Shown here: one piece after another, positions 27,706 to 38,165 of the stretch
Position numbering within the stretch: the stretch's first letter is position 1
How the letters are laid out: each line of letters opens with the position of its first letter
Source: Anthoceros angustus
Lineage: Eukaryota; Plantae; Anthocerotophyta
NCBI GenBank assembly: GCA_010909165.1
Contig: VJWM01000239.1
Location: 197,901 to 261,900 of the forward strand
Direction of reading: 5' to 3'
DNA: 64,000 nt
Translations under genes and position numbers: made by a program
Notes under the pieces: generated by a model
The model's input: the letters and a program-made list of their open reading frames with translations, nothing else
The model's database searches: none
Told to the model about the DNA's origin: nothing

Positions 27706-29436
27706 TCAAAACTGACTTCTAACATCTATGCTTAAGTTTTGCAGCTCTTTGTAAATGCTCTCATGACATGGATGGGAATGATCTTGCACACCAAAAACGT
27801 ACGTACAGTTTTGTACCTCAATCCAGCTGCATCCAGGTTCCTTTCTGAGCCCTCTGCTCCTCATTATTGTTCTCAAGCAGTGTTCCTCTTCTAACTTGTC
27901 AGAGGCCATGTAGGTTTGCCCCAGAAGGACATAAGCCGTGGAATCCTCAGGGTGCACCTTTAGGACCTGCTCTGCCGCATACTTTGCTAGCTGCACATTG
28001 GAGTGAATCCTACAAGCCCCAAGCAATGCCTTCCATACTCCAAGCGAAGGTGCACATGGCATATTTGCCACAAACTCTTCAGCTTCTTCCAGGCGCCCGG
28101 CACGTCCCAGCAGGTCCACCATGCAGGTATAGTGCTCTGCTCTGGCTGCAACATCGTGCACTGGCATCATGGCATGAAAAAGAGCAAAAGCCTCATCCAC
28201 CAAGCCAACATAACTGCACGCAGTCAGCACTGCCAGGAAACTCACATCATCCACCTTCACGCCTTCCTGCTGCATCTCACCGAAGAGTTTGAGAGCCTCC
28301 TGTGCACAGCCATGCTTGGCATACCCCACCATCATTGTGTTCCAAGATACGACATCTCGCTCAGGCATCGCACGGAAATGCAGAACAGCATCCTGAATGG
28401 ATCCACATTTGGCGTACATGTCGATCACCGCATTGCTCACAAGTACATCGGACTCGAGGCCCCTGGCTCTGACACGGGCGTGCATGTCTCTGCCCTGCTC
28501 TAAAGCTGCAAGGCTGGCACAAGCATTGAGCAAACTCAGGAACATTATCTTGCTGGGTTGCAAATCCATCTCCTCCATCCGGGCAAAAAGCCTCAAGCAT
28601 ACTTCACTCTCACCGTTCTTCACATACCCTGACATCAGCGAACTCCACGATATAACATCACGTCTACACATTCTCTCAAATACCCTCCGGGCACCAATCA
28701 TATCCCCACGTTTGGAAAGCAGGGTGATCAGTGTATTACCTAGGTAGACATCCGGCTCCAGCCCTTCCTCCTCCATCTTTCCATACAGCTCGACAGCCTT
28801 CTCAGATTGTCCAGCCCGAGAATACCCAACAATCATAGCAGTCCATGACACAACGTTGCGCCCTCGAATTCTGTCAAACACACGACGTGCTTCGTCTGTC
28901 AGGCCACACTTGGCATACATATCCAGGAGAGCTGTCCCAACAACAACATCTCTGTCAAACCCAGTGACAGCAAGGTGGGCATGAATCCTCCTACCCTCCT
29001 CCAGGGCCCTCAACCTGGCACAAGCCTTCACAGCACTGCTGGCAGCCAATTGGTGTGCTGCAGCGCCCACCTCCCCCTGCCTCCCTACATTTCCAGCATG
29101 CCTGACATCCCTGGCACGCCACGACCGAGCGGCCACTGTCGCTCCGCCCCCCAAAGAAGCTCTGTTCCACCTATTCATTGCCCAGCAGGAGGAGGAGCAG
29201 TCTGGCACAGGTGCAGCCACATCAAGAGCTTCCGCACGATTCAAATTGTGCTTCCAGCACCTACTCTTCAACCCATTTGGCCTCAAGCATGAGCATTTCC
29301 CAGCACTAATAAGCGTGTGCGGACCTGGAACATGGGATTCCACAACGAGCTCGACCGCGCAGTGAAAGCTCCAGTGAAAAAAGCTTCGAAACAAGAGGAA
29401 ACCCAGCAAAAACTGCGGCCCGCTACGTGCATACAT
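27706..29436 (-). CDS. PLS-class PPR protein, E1-E2-E+ (PG box), no DYW; true start may be the ATG at 29178
   Basis: Intronless ORF with P-L-S repeats, HYTCMVDLLGRAG, W..LLGACRIH and KEPGCSWIEV...DHSHP, then a stop. Confidence 0.92.
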   Translation of the reverse strand: MYARSGPQFLLGFLLFRSFFHWSFHCAVELVVESHVPGPHTLISAGKCSCLRPNGLKSRCWKHNLNRAEALDVAAPVPDCSSSCWAMNRWNRASLGGGATVAARSWRARDVRHAGNVGRQGEVGAAAHQLAASSAVKACARLRALEEGRRIHAHLAVTGFDRDVVVGTALLDMYAKCGLTDEARRVFDRIRGRNVVSWTAMIVGYSRAGQSEKAVELYGKMEEEGLEPDVYLGNTLITLLSKRGDMIGARRVFERMCRRDVISWSSLMSGYVKNGESEVCLRLFARMEEMDLQPSKIMFLSLLNACASLAALEQGRDMHARVRARGLESDVLVSNAVIDMYAKCGSIQDAVLHFRAMPERDVVSWNTMMVGYAKHGCAQEALKLFGEMQQEGVKVDDVSFLAVLTACSYVGLVDEAFALFHAMMPVHDVAARAEHYTCMVDLLGRAGRLEEAEEFVANMPCAPSLGVWKALLGACRIHSNVQLAKYAAEQVLKVHPEDSTAYVLLGQTYMASDKLEEEHCLRTIMRSRGLRKEPGCSWIEVQNCTYVFGVQDHSHPCHESIYKELQNLSIDVRSQF

Positions 29437-29708
29437 ACTGCGAGTGCACAGTGCAGCAGAGAAAAAAGCGCAGTGCGACTACGGTGCTTGGCAGTGATGG
29501 CCAGGAGTCCCGAACATGGTGTTTGACACGAGAGACTGGACATGTGCCATGGCGCAGTGAGATGAACAGGACGCGGGCACTCACCTTGCCACCTTCACTT
29601 CCTAGACGCTCGTGCTATGTTACTCATGGGGTATCGTGAGACAGGCCACAGGTGCACTGCTCAGTGCCCGACAGAACTAAGATGCCACAGGTCCTCGAGG
29701 TGCAACTC

Positions 29709-32700
29709 TCACTCTGCTATGCTAGGTGTGGTGCTTTCATCGCTGCCCACCACCACTGTTTCCTGGTTCAGGCTATGGTACCTCCACACTTCCCTTGCTA
29801 CAAAGTCGGCGTCCAGAAATTTGGCCACAAAATGCCACAATCTGTATACATCCTCGAAGTTGGTCAGGAAGCTCAGTCCCGCAGTCACCACCGGAATGCA
29901 CGGGGCATCCTCGCTACCATCCCTGGACTCCTCTGTGGAACCCTTTCGTCTCTTGGCCAAAAGCCCTGGAACCTCCCCACCGTTGGGTGCAACTGCGATG
30001 TTGTGTAGCACGCCCAGACCCAGCCCGATGTTGCTGCGGTCAGCTAACCTTTGTACAAGTCCTGCCTGGAGCAGCTTACCGGACCAGTCGAAGATATTGA
30101 ATGCGACCGACTGCCCCCTGTCGAACTTCACCTTGGGCCCATAGATGTGGACTAGTGGAACAACTGATCCTTCAGGACCAGGATGCCGCAACTGCAACAG
30201 AGAGTAAACTAGCCAGTTGGTGAGGAGCCGTAGTCTCAAGTTTGTTTTTGTTAGGCCTACGGAGTCTGCATGATCCAAACCACAGCAAAGAACCAAGGGT
30301 TCCCAATCATCATCCTCCCCCTCGTCCCCATGCTGATAACCGTATTCAAACTCCTCGTCGGTGAAAACGCTCCCTTCATCGTCGTAGTACTCTTGAGGCT
30401 CATCTCCTGACATGTGTCCCTTCTGGAAGTTCCTTTTAAGATACACATCCTCCGCAACCTCACAGGTCTCGATGTCGCTTACACCATCCAGCTCAAGCTC
30501 TCTGCTCAGTGCCCTAACCAATAGGTTATGGTTAGAGTCATCACCATCCCTCGGCCCATAGAGAACATAGTCCCTTTCTGTTTCCCTGGAAACTAAACCT
30601 CTGTTTTGTTCTGTCCCACTCGATTGAACCTGCGTCTTCAAGCCTTTGCCTGTTGAAGCTTCTTCCCTGTGGCTCTGTGACAGCTTTTCACCGCTTGTGG
30701 CTTCCGTGTTGGAATGATGGTCTTCCTCGGGTACTTGAGACGAGGTGTGGCAATTCGCATCCATCAGCACAGACAACCTGCTCATCAGTTCACCTGTACT
30801 TGCGTCAAGATCCGCCCGGTCATTGGCAGATGAGTGTACCCTATGTTGATTCATCACCATGGTGGGATCTGATGTTCTCACATCCCCTGTTTCGGGTTGA
30901 AACAAGGAAGCAGAGAATCTAAAACTCGCACTATCTCCCAGCGTGTTTCCCTCATGCCTGACAACCGCAGGCTCGGTTGTCTCCTTCACATCGCAGCTGA
31001 ACGACACCTCGTCTGGCTCCAGGACGTCCACACCGGCGTGACCCCTGATGCTTGGAGCACAACTCGATGGCTCCTGTTGGTTGGTCATCCCTAGCTGTGA
31101 CTCAACATTTTGGATTGCAAATGGCTGATCCGAGCCCTCCTCATGCGGCTGCTGCCCACCCTTTGCGTTCAATGAATGTAGAGTGCCAGATGGACCCACG
31201 TAGCTGGCCGAGTGCAGGCTTCCCGACGCCGGGTAAACTTTCCCTGAGTGAAAGATGCTACCAGAAGCGCAAACGCTTCCAGAACAACCAACCTCTGGGG
31301 AATACGGCCTTTGAGAACCATCCAGTTGCCCGCTTTCACAGATTCCAGAAGACTGCCCACTCACGCCTTTCTCAAGTAAGCTTTGCTGATACCAGGCGAA
31401 CTCTCCATCATCACCAGTGAAACGACTGCTGCCCTCCATAAACAAACTTCCAGATTCAGCAGTCGCGTAGAAACTCGCAACGGGGCCAGAGAATGCAGGC
31501 ACAGCATGAGGAGAGGGCAGAAAGTCGCTATCCCCCTCCTCCGAATTCATTCTGTCCCTGTGCGATTTCCGATACTTTCTTTCGGCATGACCCTCATCTG
31601 CTGGCACAGGGCTGCGCTGAAGGACAGTTGGAACAATCCTGACCATGCCCACACCTCTGGCTCGTGATGAATTGTGCAGGGCATGTATCGCGGAATTCTT
31701 TATGAAGAGACATCCGAAACCAGTGGGGTCAGCACCAAAAACTTTGTAGAAAGACGAAATGATGAAGTCGGGGCGAAACAAGGAAAGTCCCAAGGAGCCC
31801 ATGTCCTTGGGGCCGAGGGCAGTAGCATCAAGCAGCACATGCCACTTGTTGTTCTGAGCGTGAGACATCCATTGATAGGAATACTTGGCTCCCGTAATTC
31901 TTGATTGCACCGGGAAGACAAACAAACCCTTGGCAGCGTCTTTCTTCTTCCGACGTTCCTGGTGAATACAGACGTGAGTGTTGCCTCTAGGCTGATCATT
32001 GATGTCCCAGTCAAATCAGATGGAGAGGAAAAAGACTCTAATACCAACCTGAAAGACTTTGGTGCAATTGGAAAGTACAAAGCGGTACTGTACCTGCATT
32101 TGCTTCTTGAGGTCTCCGGAAGATATCCTGAGAGAGGGCCACTTGAACTGTGCAGTCATGATCTTGGCTCCTTGTCTTTTCGCTCCCTCCACCATCCATT
32201 TCACGCTCTCGCTCTCGTGGTCATATGCAGTCAACAACCGATCACTGACGTCGAAAGGATAGCTCTCTGCCAACAGCTTGAATGCAGTACCTCGGCTGGA
32301 AGTGAAAACCATGCTGTAATCTGCCTCGTTGATATTCAGGTAGTCCAGTATACGGTTCCTGATGTATCCCTCAACCGTGCCCTCATCAGCTGCCCCATAC
32401 AGCGCATGAGTGGGCAGATTTCCAGTCACGTAAGCCAAAGAGAAGGAAGAGCAAGCGGCATTGAGTTCCTGCTGCCTGTGCGAGAAGAGACCAAATCCAG
32501 AGTAGTCGAAACAGACGTGCCCCGAATCCTCCAAATGGTCATATTCCGCTCTCCGAATGTCGTCTGCCACCTTGGTATCCCTGAACTTAGGGTACATCCG
32601 CTGGAATCCAGCGAAGGAGACATTGCTGGGAGGGATACTCTCCGGATTGGAATAGTACTCGTGCCGCCCCTGCAGAGTTGCTCTCAGAAACTCCTTCCTG

Positions 32701-33041
32701 GCAGAAACCCGGGCCAGCGACGACGTGTGCGTCAGCTGCCTGGTCTGCGGCGGCCTGCTAGGCGGCGAGGCCGAGGCCTGCCCGCGATCCGGCACCTGGT
32801 CTGCACTTCGCCCCTGCCCCTGCCCCTGCCCCCGCCCCCGCCCGGCCTGGTTCTCACGAGACGCCGGTGGCGAGCCATGAGACGTGGTCCTGCGCAACGT
32901 CTCCTCAGGGGAAAGGGAGGGCGTGCGCTCCCTGCTCCCTCTGGGAGGCCTGTGCGGTAGAGGTTCCGATCTCCACTTGTGCTTCCCCGGCTCGTCACCA
33001 GGGGATCTAGAGTCCTTGTGTGCGCTGTCCTTGTATCCCAT
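29709..33041 (-). CDS. PLP-dependent transferase, Moco-sulfurase-like family without MOSC domain (exons 33041-32094 and 31958-29709)
   Basis: VCFDYSGFGLFS, YSMVFTSSRGTAF, GLFVFPVQSRITGAKYSYQW, WHVLLDA, PDFIISSFYKVFG, GLDHADSVGL and TNFEDVYRLW. Confidence 0.9.
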
Positions 33042-35211
33042 AGCTCAACAACATATGCATCCACCAGTGCTCCTCAGCTGCCGGCTACCACACGCTGCGG
33101 CTGGGCCAGGCATTCTTGTCACAAATGCATCAACCCCGGGCCGGCCAATCCCTCCTCCTTCCGTCTTTCCACATCTTCCGTAGGCAAGAAACGTCCGGCC
33201 TTGATGCCGCTTGCCGCAATTGATCACTGACACTTCCTGCAACACCTCCACTGGTCTAGGATGAGCCACAATGTGCCCCGCCTTAGAGACTGATACCTGA
33301 CAACAGTACGTCCCTCCCAATACAGCATTCAAACAGTCACAGTTCCGGCCATCGGCAAGACAAAACAGTGCAGCTCCCTCACATTCCGAAAAATCCTAGT
33401 CACAATTCCACAATCCCAAGGCCCCCCCTTCCCACGCTCACACCACGCCGATGCACAAGAAAAGCGACACTCCTGACAAGCGCGCTCCTGACCCGGCCAG
33501 AAAGGTCCCGCAAGGCTTGGCAATGCGTCCAGCAGGGACAGGAAGAAGTCCGAATTTTCTCCTGACCGCACCCGCGCCGGAAAGCTGCGGTGCTCGTACT
33601 TATCTCGGCAGCCGAGGCCTGGTCCAAGTGTACGTGGATTCGAGGAGGCTTCTGGTGTCAGGCAGGATGGGAACGCAGCAGCACGGCCCTGCCGCGAGCG
33701 GTCCTGGCAGCCAGGAAGAGCCGGGCAGAATGAGGCGGATGCGGAGGCTCCTCCAAGGCGCGGGAGAAACGACAAGGGTCCTGGGCGGGGGGACGCTGGC
33801 CAGGGAGAGGATAGGCAGGGAAAGGTGCAAGGGAAAGGGAGATTTGCGAGACACATACAGTAGTTTAATCAGGCGCGGGCCGAGGCAGCTGCATCTGGCG
33901 CCTGGTCGGAACTCGGAAGCCGCGTTCCGGGCAACAGAGCGCGGCTTGCCAAGCAAGCGCGAGGCGATGGCGTGGGCGAGCTGGAGCTGGCGCTGGAGCT
34001 GGAGCCCGAGCTCGAAGAGCGCTGCCCCAAGACTGTGGCACACGGCACGGCACGGCACGGCACGGCACAGCACGGGACGGAGGGGATGGATTCGTGCGTG
34101 CCGTTCGGTTGCCGCCTTGCTTGGCCCTTGGCCGGCGCCGGGCGGCCGGCCCCGCTGCCTTGCCTTCATTATCATGCTCTGACACCACGTAGCGTTGCGC
34201 CAAGGCCAAGGGTGGGGCGGGCGGAGGGTCCGTGAGCGAAATATGATGTTAATTAATTACATACACGCTTCACGTACAGAATGGCTCCAGCAAAATCGAA
34301 ATGGAATGGAGTGCGGTTCTTGTTCCACTTCCGAATTCATCACGCTTAGTCTAATAATGTTTGCAGCGATCCGGAATCGTGGATCCTTCTTATCAATCCA
34401 TTAAAAAACCCAATCTTTAACAGGTGGGCATTACATACATACATACAAGACATTTATGCCGGTGCTAGTCAAAGTCAACTCGTGGGGTATGCAGCGGAGG
34501 AGAGAACTAACTGGTGGAGAAGAATCCGCAGGTGAGGGGCAGGGCAGGGAAGGAAAGGGAAGGGAAGTGAAGGGCAGGAAAGTGTGAAAAGAAGTGGGCA
34601 CCGGTGAGAGTACACTGTTCTGACACTGCAATACCGCATGTGTACAGACCAGTTGTGTTGGTTGTTGTTTGCCTGTGCGATGTCTCACCATCTCAAGATC
34701 ATCCCCTCCAAATCCCACTGCACGTACATAGAGTGTGGACACCAGAGCTGGAACACACTTTCTCCACTGCAGGTTCCTGTCAGCCCTGGCAGACGACTCG
34801 ACTGGCGATGAGCCAGAAGAGCAGAGTTGTTGAAGAGCCCTGCCTGCACAAGTGCCCATCATACGGGTGACAAAACACCAGGTAGACTACGTAGGTACGA
34901 CGATGTGTAGGCCAATCTCTTGAAAGACGGTTTTTCTCACTTGCATTGATGCTCCTCTCATGACCCCAACAAGTTATCATCACAAGGGATATGTACATAA
35001 CAGTGTTGTACGAGATGCATAGTTTCTACGAACATGTCGGAGGAACCATGGACCTCATGGTGAATATGGTTAGACCATGGCTGGGAGGCTGGGAAGAATG
35101 GAGGGATTACTGTGCCCATGGGGGTGCAGCGGGTGATGCCTCCCTGACAAAATTGAGCTCTTCCCAGCACACTGCTGCAAGACCCTAGAGGCTGTCCCTG
35201 TGTGACATAGG

Positions 35212-37518
35212 TCAATGCCGATCCCTGCATGAACATGACCCATCCACGAATTGATGAACTCGATGTGCGTCTCTCACAATGATCTCTCGCTTCTCGAGGC
35301 GTGACATTATCTTTGTGCTGCTGTGACAGTCATTGCACATGCGGAGGTTTTTAGTGACTAGCAAAGCTGTGCCGTCTGGTGTGTTCAGCAGACCATAAGC
35401 CAAGGCCAGTTTCTCTGCGTGTCCACACAAGGCATCCTCCTTCTCCTGCTCAGGCACTGCCTTTAACACCAGGACTGTCTGTGGTACATGGCCCCCTTCC
35501 TCCTTCAACCTCCTGTTCACGCTGCGCAGCTTTGAGGAGATATCAGACCTGTCTTCTCCAACTGTGAACTCATGCACCCTGTTCTCCACTTCGATGCATG
35601 CCTTAGCAGCTTTCTTCATAGCACCTGCAGACTTTCTCAGCTTTTCAATTCTTTCCACATCGTTCCATCTGCCCGCATTTGCATAAAGGTTCCCCAACAG
35701 CACATACGCACTTGCATCTTCAGGTGCCAATTCTACAAGATGGTCGAAGCACCGTTGACCGCAAGCTAGATCACCGTAACCTTTGCAGGCACTTAGCAAA
35801 GATGTCCAGGCCACTACATCATTCACACATGATGTGGTTCGCAGTAAATGTTCCGCCTCATGCAGCTGCCCAGAGCGGCTAAGAAGATCAACCATGCAAC
35901 TGTGGTGATAGTCAGAAGGCACAATTGCGTAGTCCTCCACCATCATCCTGAAATATTGCTGCCCCTCATTCACGAGGCCAGCGTGACTGCATGCCACCAT
36001 GAGACATGTAAAAGTCGTCGCATTTGGTTGAACACCTTGCTGCAGCATGTCTTCAAAACACTGGATTGCCATGGGACCATCGCTATGTTCAGCATGTCCG
36101 TTGAGGAGAGCATTCCATGTCACCACGTCTCTCCTGGGCAAAGTGTCAAAGACGTTGCGAGCAGTGTCTACCCTCCCACATCTAGCATACATACTCACCA
36201 GGCTGTTACCAATGATGCTATCAGTGTCCAGACCTCTAGCACGTATCTCTGTGTGAAGCTGCATTCCCTGCTGCAGCGCTCCCACAGTCGCACATGCCTG
36301 AAGGAGAGACACAAATGTGATGTTATCAGCCACAGTGATGCCGTCACGTTGCATACTTGCATACAGAGCCAGGGCTTCCCGCCCGAGCCCCTGCTGAGAG
36401 TACCCTGCGATCATGGCATTCCATGTCACAACATCTCTCCTGGGCAGGCCGTCAAACACTTTGCGAGCGTCATCCAAGCTGCCGCATTTAGCATACATAT
36501 TGACAAGGCTATTGCCAACGAAAATGTCGGCCTTGACAGCACTAGCCTGAATGTGGGCATGCACCTCCTTGCCCGCAACCAGGTCCTCTGCAGAAGCACA
36601 CGCCGACAAAGCTGCCACGAATATATGATTGTCCGGCTCAACTCCTGTCCCTGCTTCCCGCATCTCTCGGTAGAAGCTGATGGCCTTGCTGGGCTGCCCG
36701 TGCCTGGTATGCCCTGAGATGATGGAAGACCACATGTACACATCCGGCATAGCCACATCTCTGAAAGCCTGCACTGCATCCCGCAATTTGCCATGGGAGG
36801 CATACATCGCAATGAAGTGAGTTGCCAAAAATGCACTAGACCCCAAGCCCCTTTCGACAACAAGAGAATGAACTCGCCTGCCACAAGCAAGATCCTTCTG
36901 TGCCATGCACCTCTTGAGGAGACGATAGAACAGAGTGAGGCTGATGTGACATCCACACTGCACCAGGAGATCCAACGCTTCCACAGCCTCACGCAGCTCT
37001 GCCTCCTCGCACCGTCTCCTCAAGGTCTGGAGCACTGCATGTTCTCCTCCACCATCGTTCCAAGCCGGCTGGGGAGAGCTGCGCGGCCACAAACCCTGAA
37101 CTCCCGTGTCTTCTTCCACTTCCTCTTCCCCATGCCCTTTGCCCAGCTGCGAGTCCCACCTGGCTAGCTGCGTGTCCACCCAGGCGGGCTTGTGGTAATT
37201 GTCGAGCCATAGAGGCTCCCAAGAGGTTTTGTGCCTGAAGTCGGGATGCCGCGCGCTTTTCTTGTCCGCCCTATTGTCCCACCAATCCGAGGGAGTGGAG
37301 AAGAAGTGGCGCCACAACAGCTCCTGCCGCTCTCTCTGCGTCGTAATTTGTTGACTGGAAGAGACGGATGCACAAGAAACAAGGCGAAACTCGCAATTCC
37401 CCCCTGCCCTACGCCACCTCCATTCACCACAGAAGAGCTTAGGGTGACTGACCACATTCTGGAACTGCAGTAGATGCCATCCGGAAGCCGCGCCGCATGC
37501 ACTGGTGGTAGCAGCCAT
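35212..37518 (-). CDS. PLS-PPR RNA-editing factor with a variant DYW (DYW:KP-like, DRH-type) deaminase and an N-terminal PDF motif
   Basis: 768-aa intronless ORF with a transit-peptide-like N-terminus, WWDNR...PDFRHK, about 12 PLS repeats, E1/E2, KKAAKACIEV, HAEKLA, CNDCH and CSCRDRH*. Confidence 0.93.
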   Translation of the reverse strand: MAATTSACGAASGWHLLQFQNVVSHPKLFCGEWRWRRAGGNCEFRLVSCASVSSSQQITTQRERQELLWRHFFSTPSDWWDNRADKKSARHPDFRHKTSWEPLWLDNYHKPAWVDTQLARWDSQLGKGHGEEEVEEDTGVQGLWPRSSPQPAWNDGGGEHAVLQTLRRRCEEAELREAVEALDLLVQCGCHISLTLFYRLLKRCMAQKDLACGRRVHSLVVERGLGSSAFLATHFIAMYASHGKLRDAVQAFRDVAMPDVYMWSSIISGHTRHGQPSKAISFYREMREAGTGVEPDNHIFVAALSACASAEDLVAGKEVHAHIQASAVKADIFVGNSLVNMYAKCGSLDDARKVFDGLPRRDVVTWNAMIAGYSQQGLGREALALYASMQRDGITVADNITFVSLLQACATVGALQQGMQLHTEIRARGLDTDSIIGNSLVSMYARCGRVDTARNVFDTLPRRDVVTWNALLNGHAEHSDGPMAIQCFEDMLQQGVQPNATTFTCLMVACSHAGLVNEGQQYFRMMVEDYAIVPSDYHHSCMVDLLSRSGQLHEAEHLLRTTSCVNDVVAWTSLLSACKGYGDLACGQRCFDHLVELAPEDASAYVLLGNLYANAGRWNDVERIEKLRKSAGAMKKAAKACIEVENRVHEFTVGEDRSDISSKLRSVNRRLKEEGGHVPQTVLVLKAVPEQEKEDALCGHAEKLALAYGLLNTPDGTALLVTKNLRMCNDCHSSTKIMSRLEKREIIVRDAHRVHQFVDGSCSCRDRH

Positions 37519-38165
37519 GACATCTCCACCGCAGTGCCTTGGTTTCCTAATCCATTGATTACACTGACAGCAGGAGCTCCGCGTGCTGTAGCCTCAAACA
37601 AGGATGAGTCTACAGCAAACCCGAGTCTCACCTGCAACAATATGTCACAAAAATCAGAGCAAGAAGATGCGAACCAAAGCCTTCTGCTGCTCACTCAGAA
37701 CATTGATCTCCTTCAGACCAAACAGTCAACCAAACCCACATCCACCAGCACAGAGCCCATCAATCTCAGCACATGCCTTGGATTTACGACGCCTTTGTTC
37801 CGCATCTTCAATGCAATAAGCCTTAGCTTCCATTTCTTCTCTGTTAGGTCTATCCGTTGTTTCACATGATAAGGAATCAGAAGTCGGAAACAGCTGAACC
37901 CGTTTTTTGCTTTCATAAAATCTCCCCAACTTTGTAGACCTTGCTTGGCCTCAACCCGATCGGATCCGATCTGAACTTCGAGAATTGATCCCCCTTCGCC
38001 AGCGATGAAACCCTAAACGAGACGGATTGTCGTGAAACGATAGCTGTGACAGGAAACGTCCATCCGTCTGCGCAGCAATTCATTCCGACAACAACGCCTG
38101 ATCTACGTATGAATTCGGGGGAGGGGGAGGCAGGCTGCTGAATCGTGATAGATCTGATACCAACC

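Noticed and set aside
31905-32960. 351-aa plus-strand ORF, and similar long ORFs at 35848-36717, 52795-53757 and 18933-19658
   Set aside because: These are antisense shadows of real genes in GC-rich coding DNA, with no recognisable motifs.
33300-34250. Several 110-240 aa GC-rich ORFs upstream of the Moco-sulfurase-like gene
   Set aside because: Promoter/UTR DNA with (GGCAC)n and (GCTGGA)n simple repeats and no protein signal.
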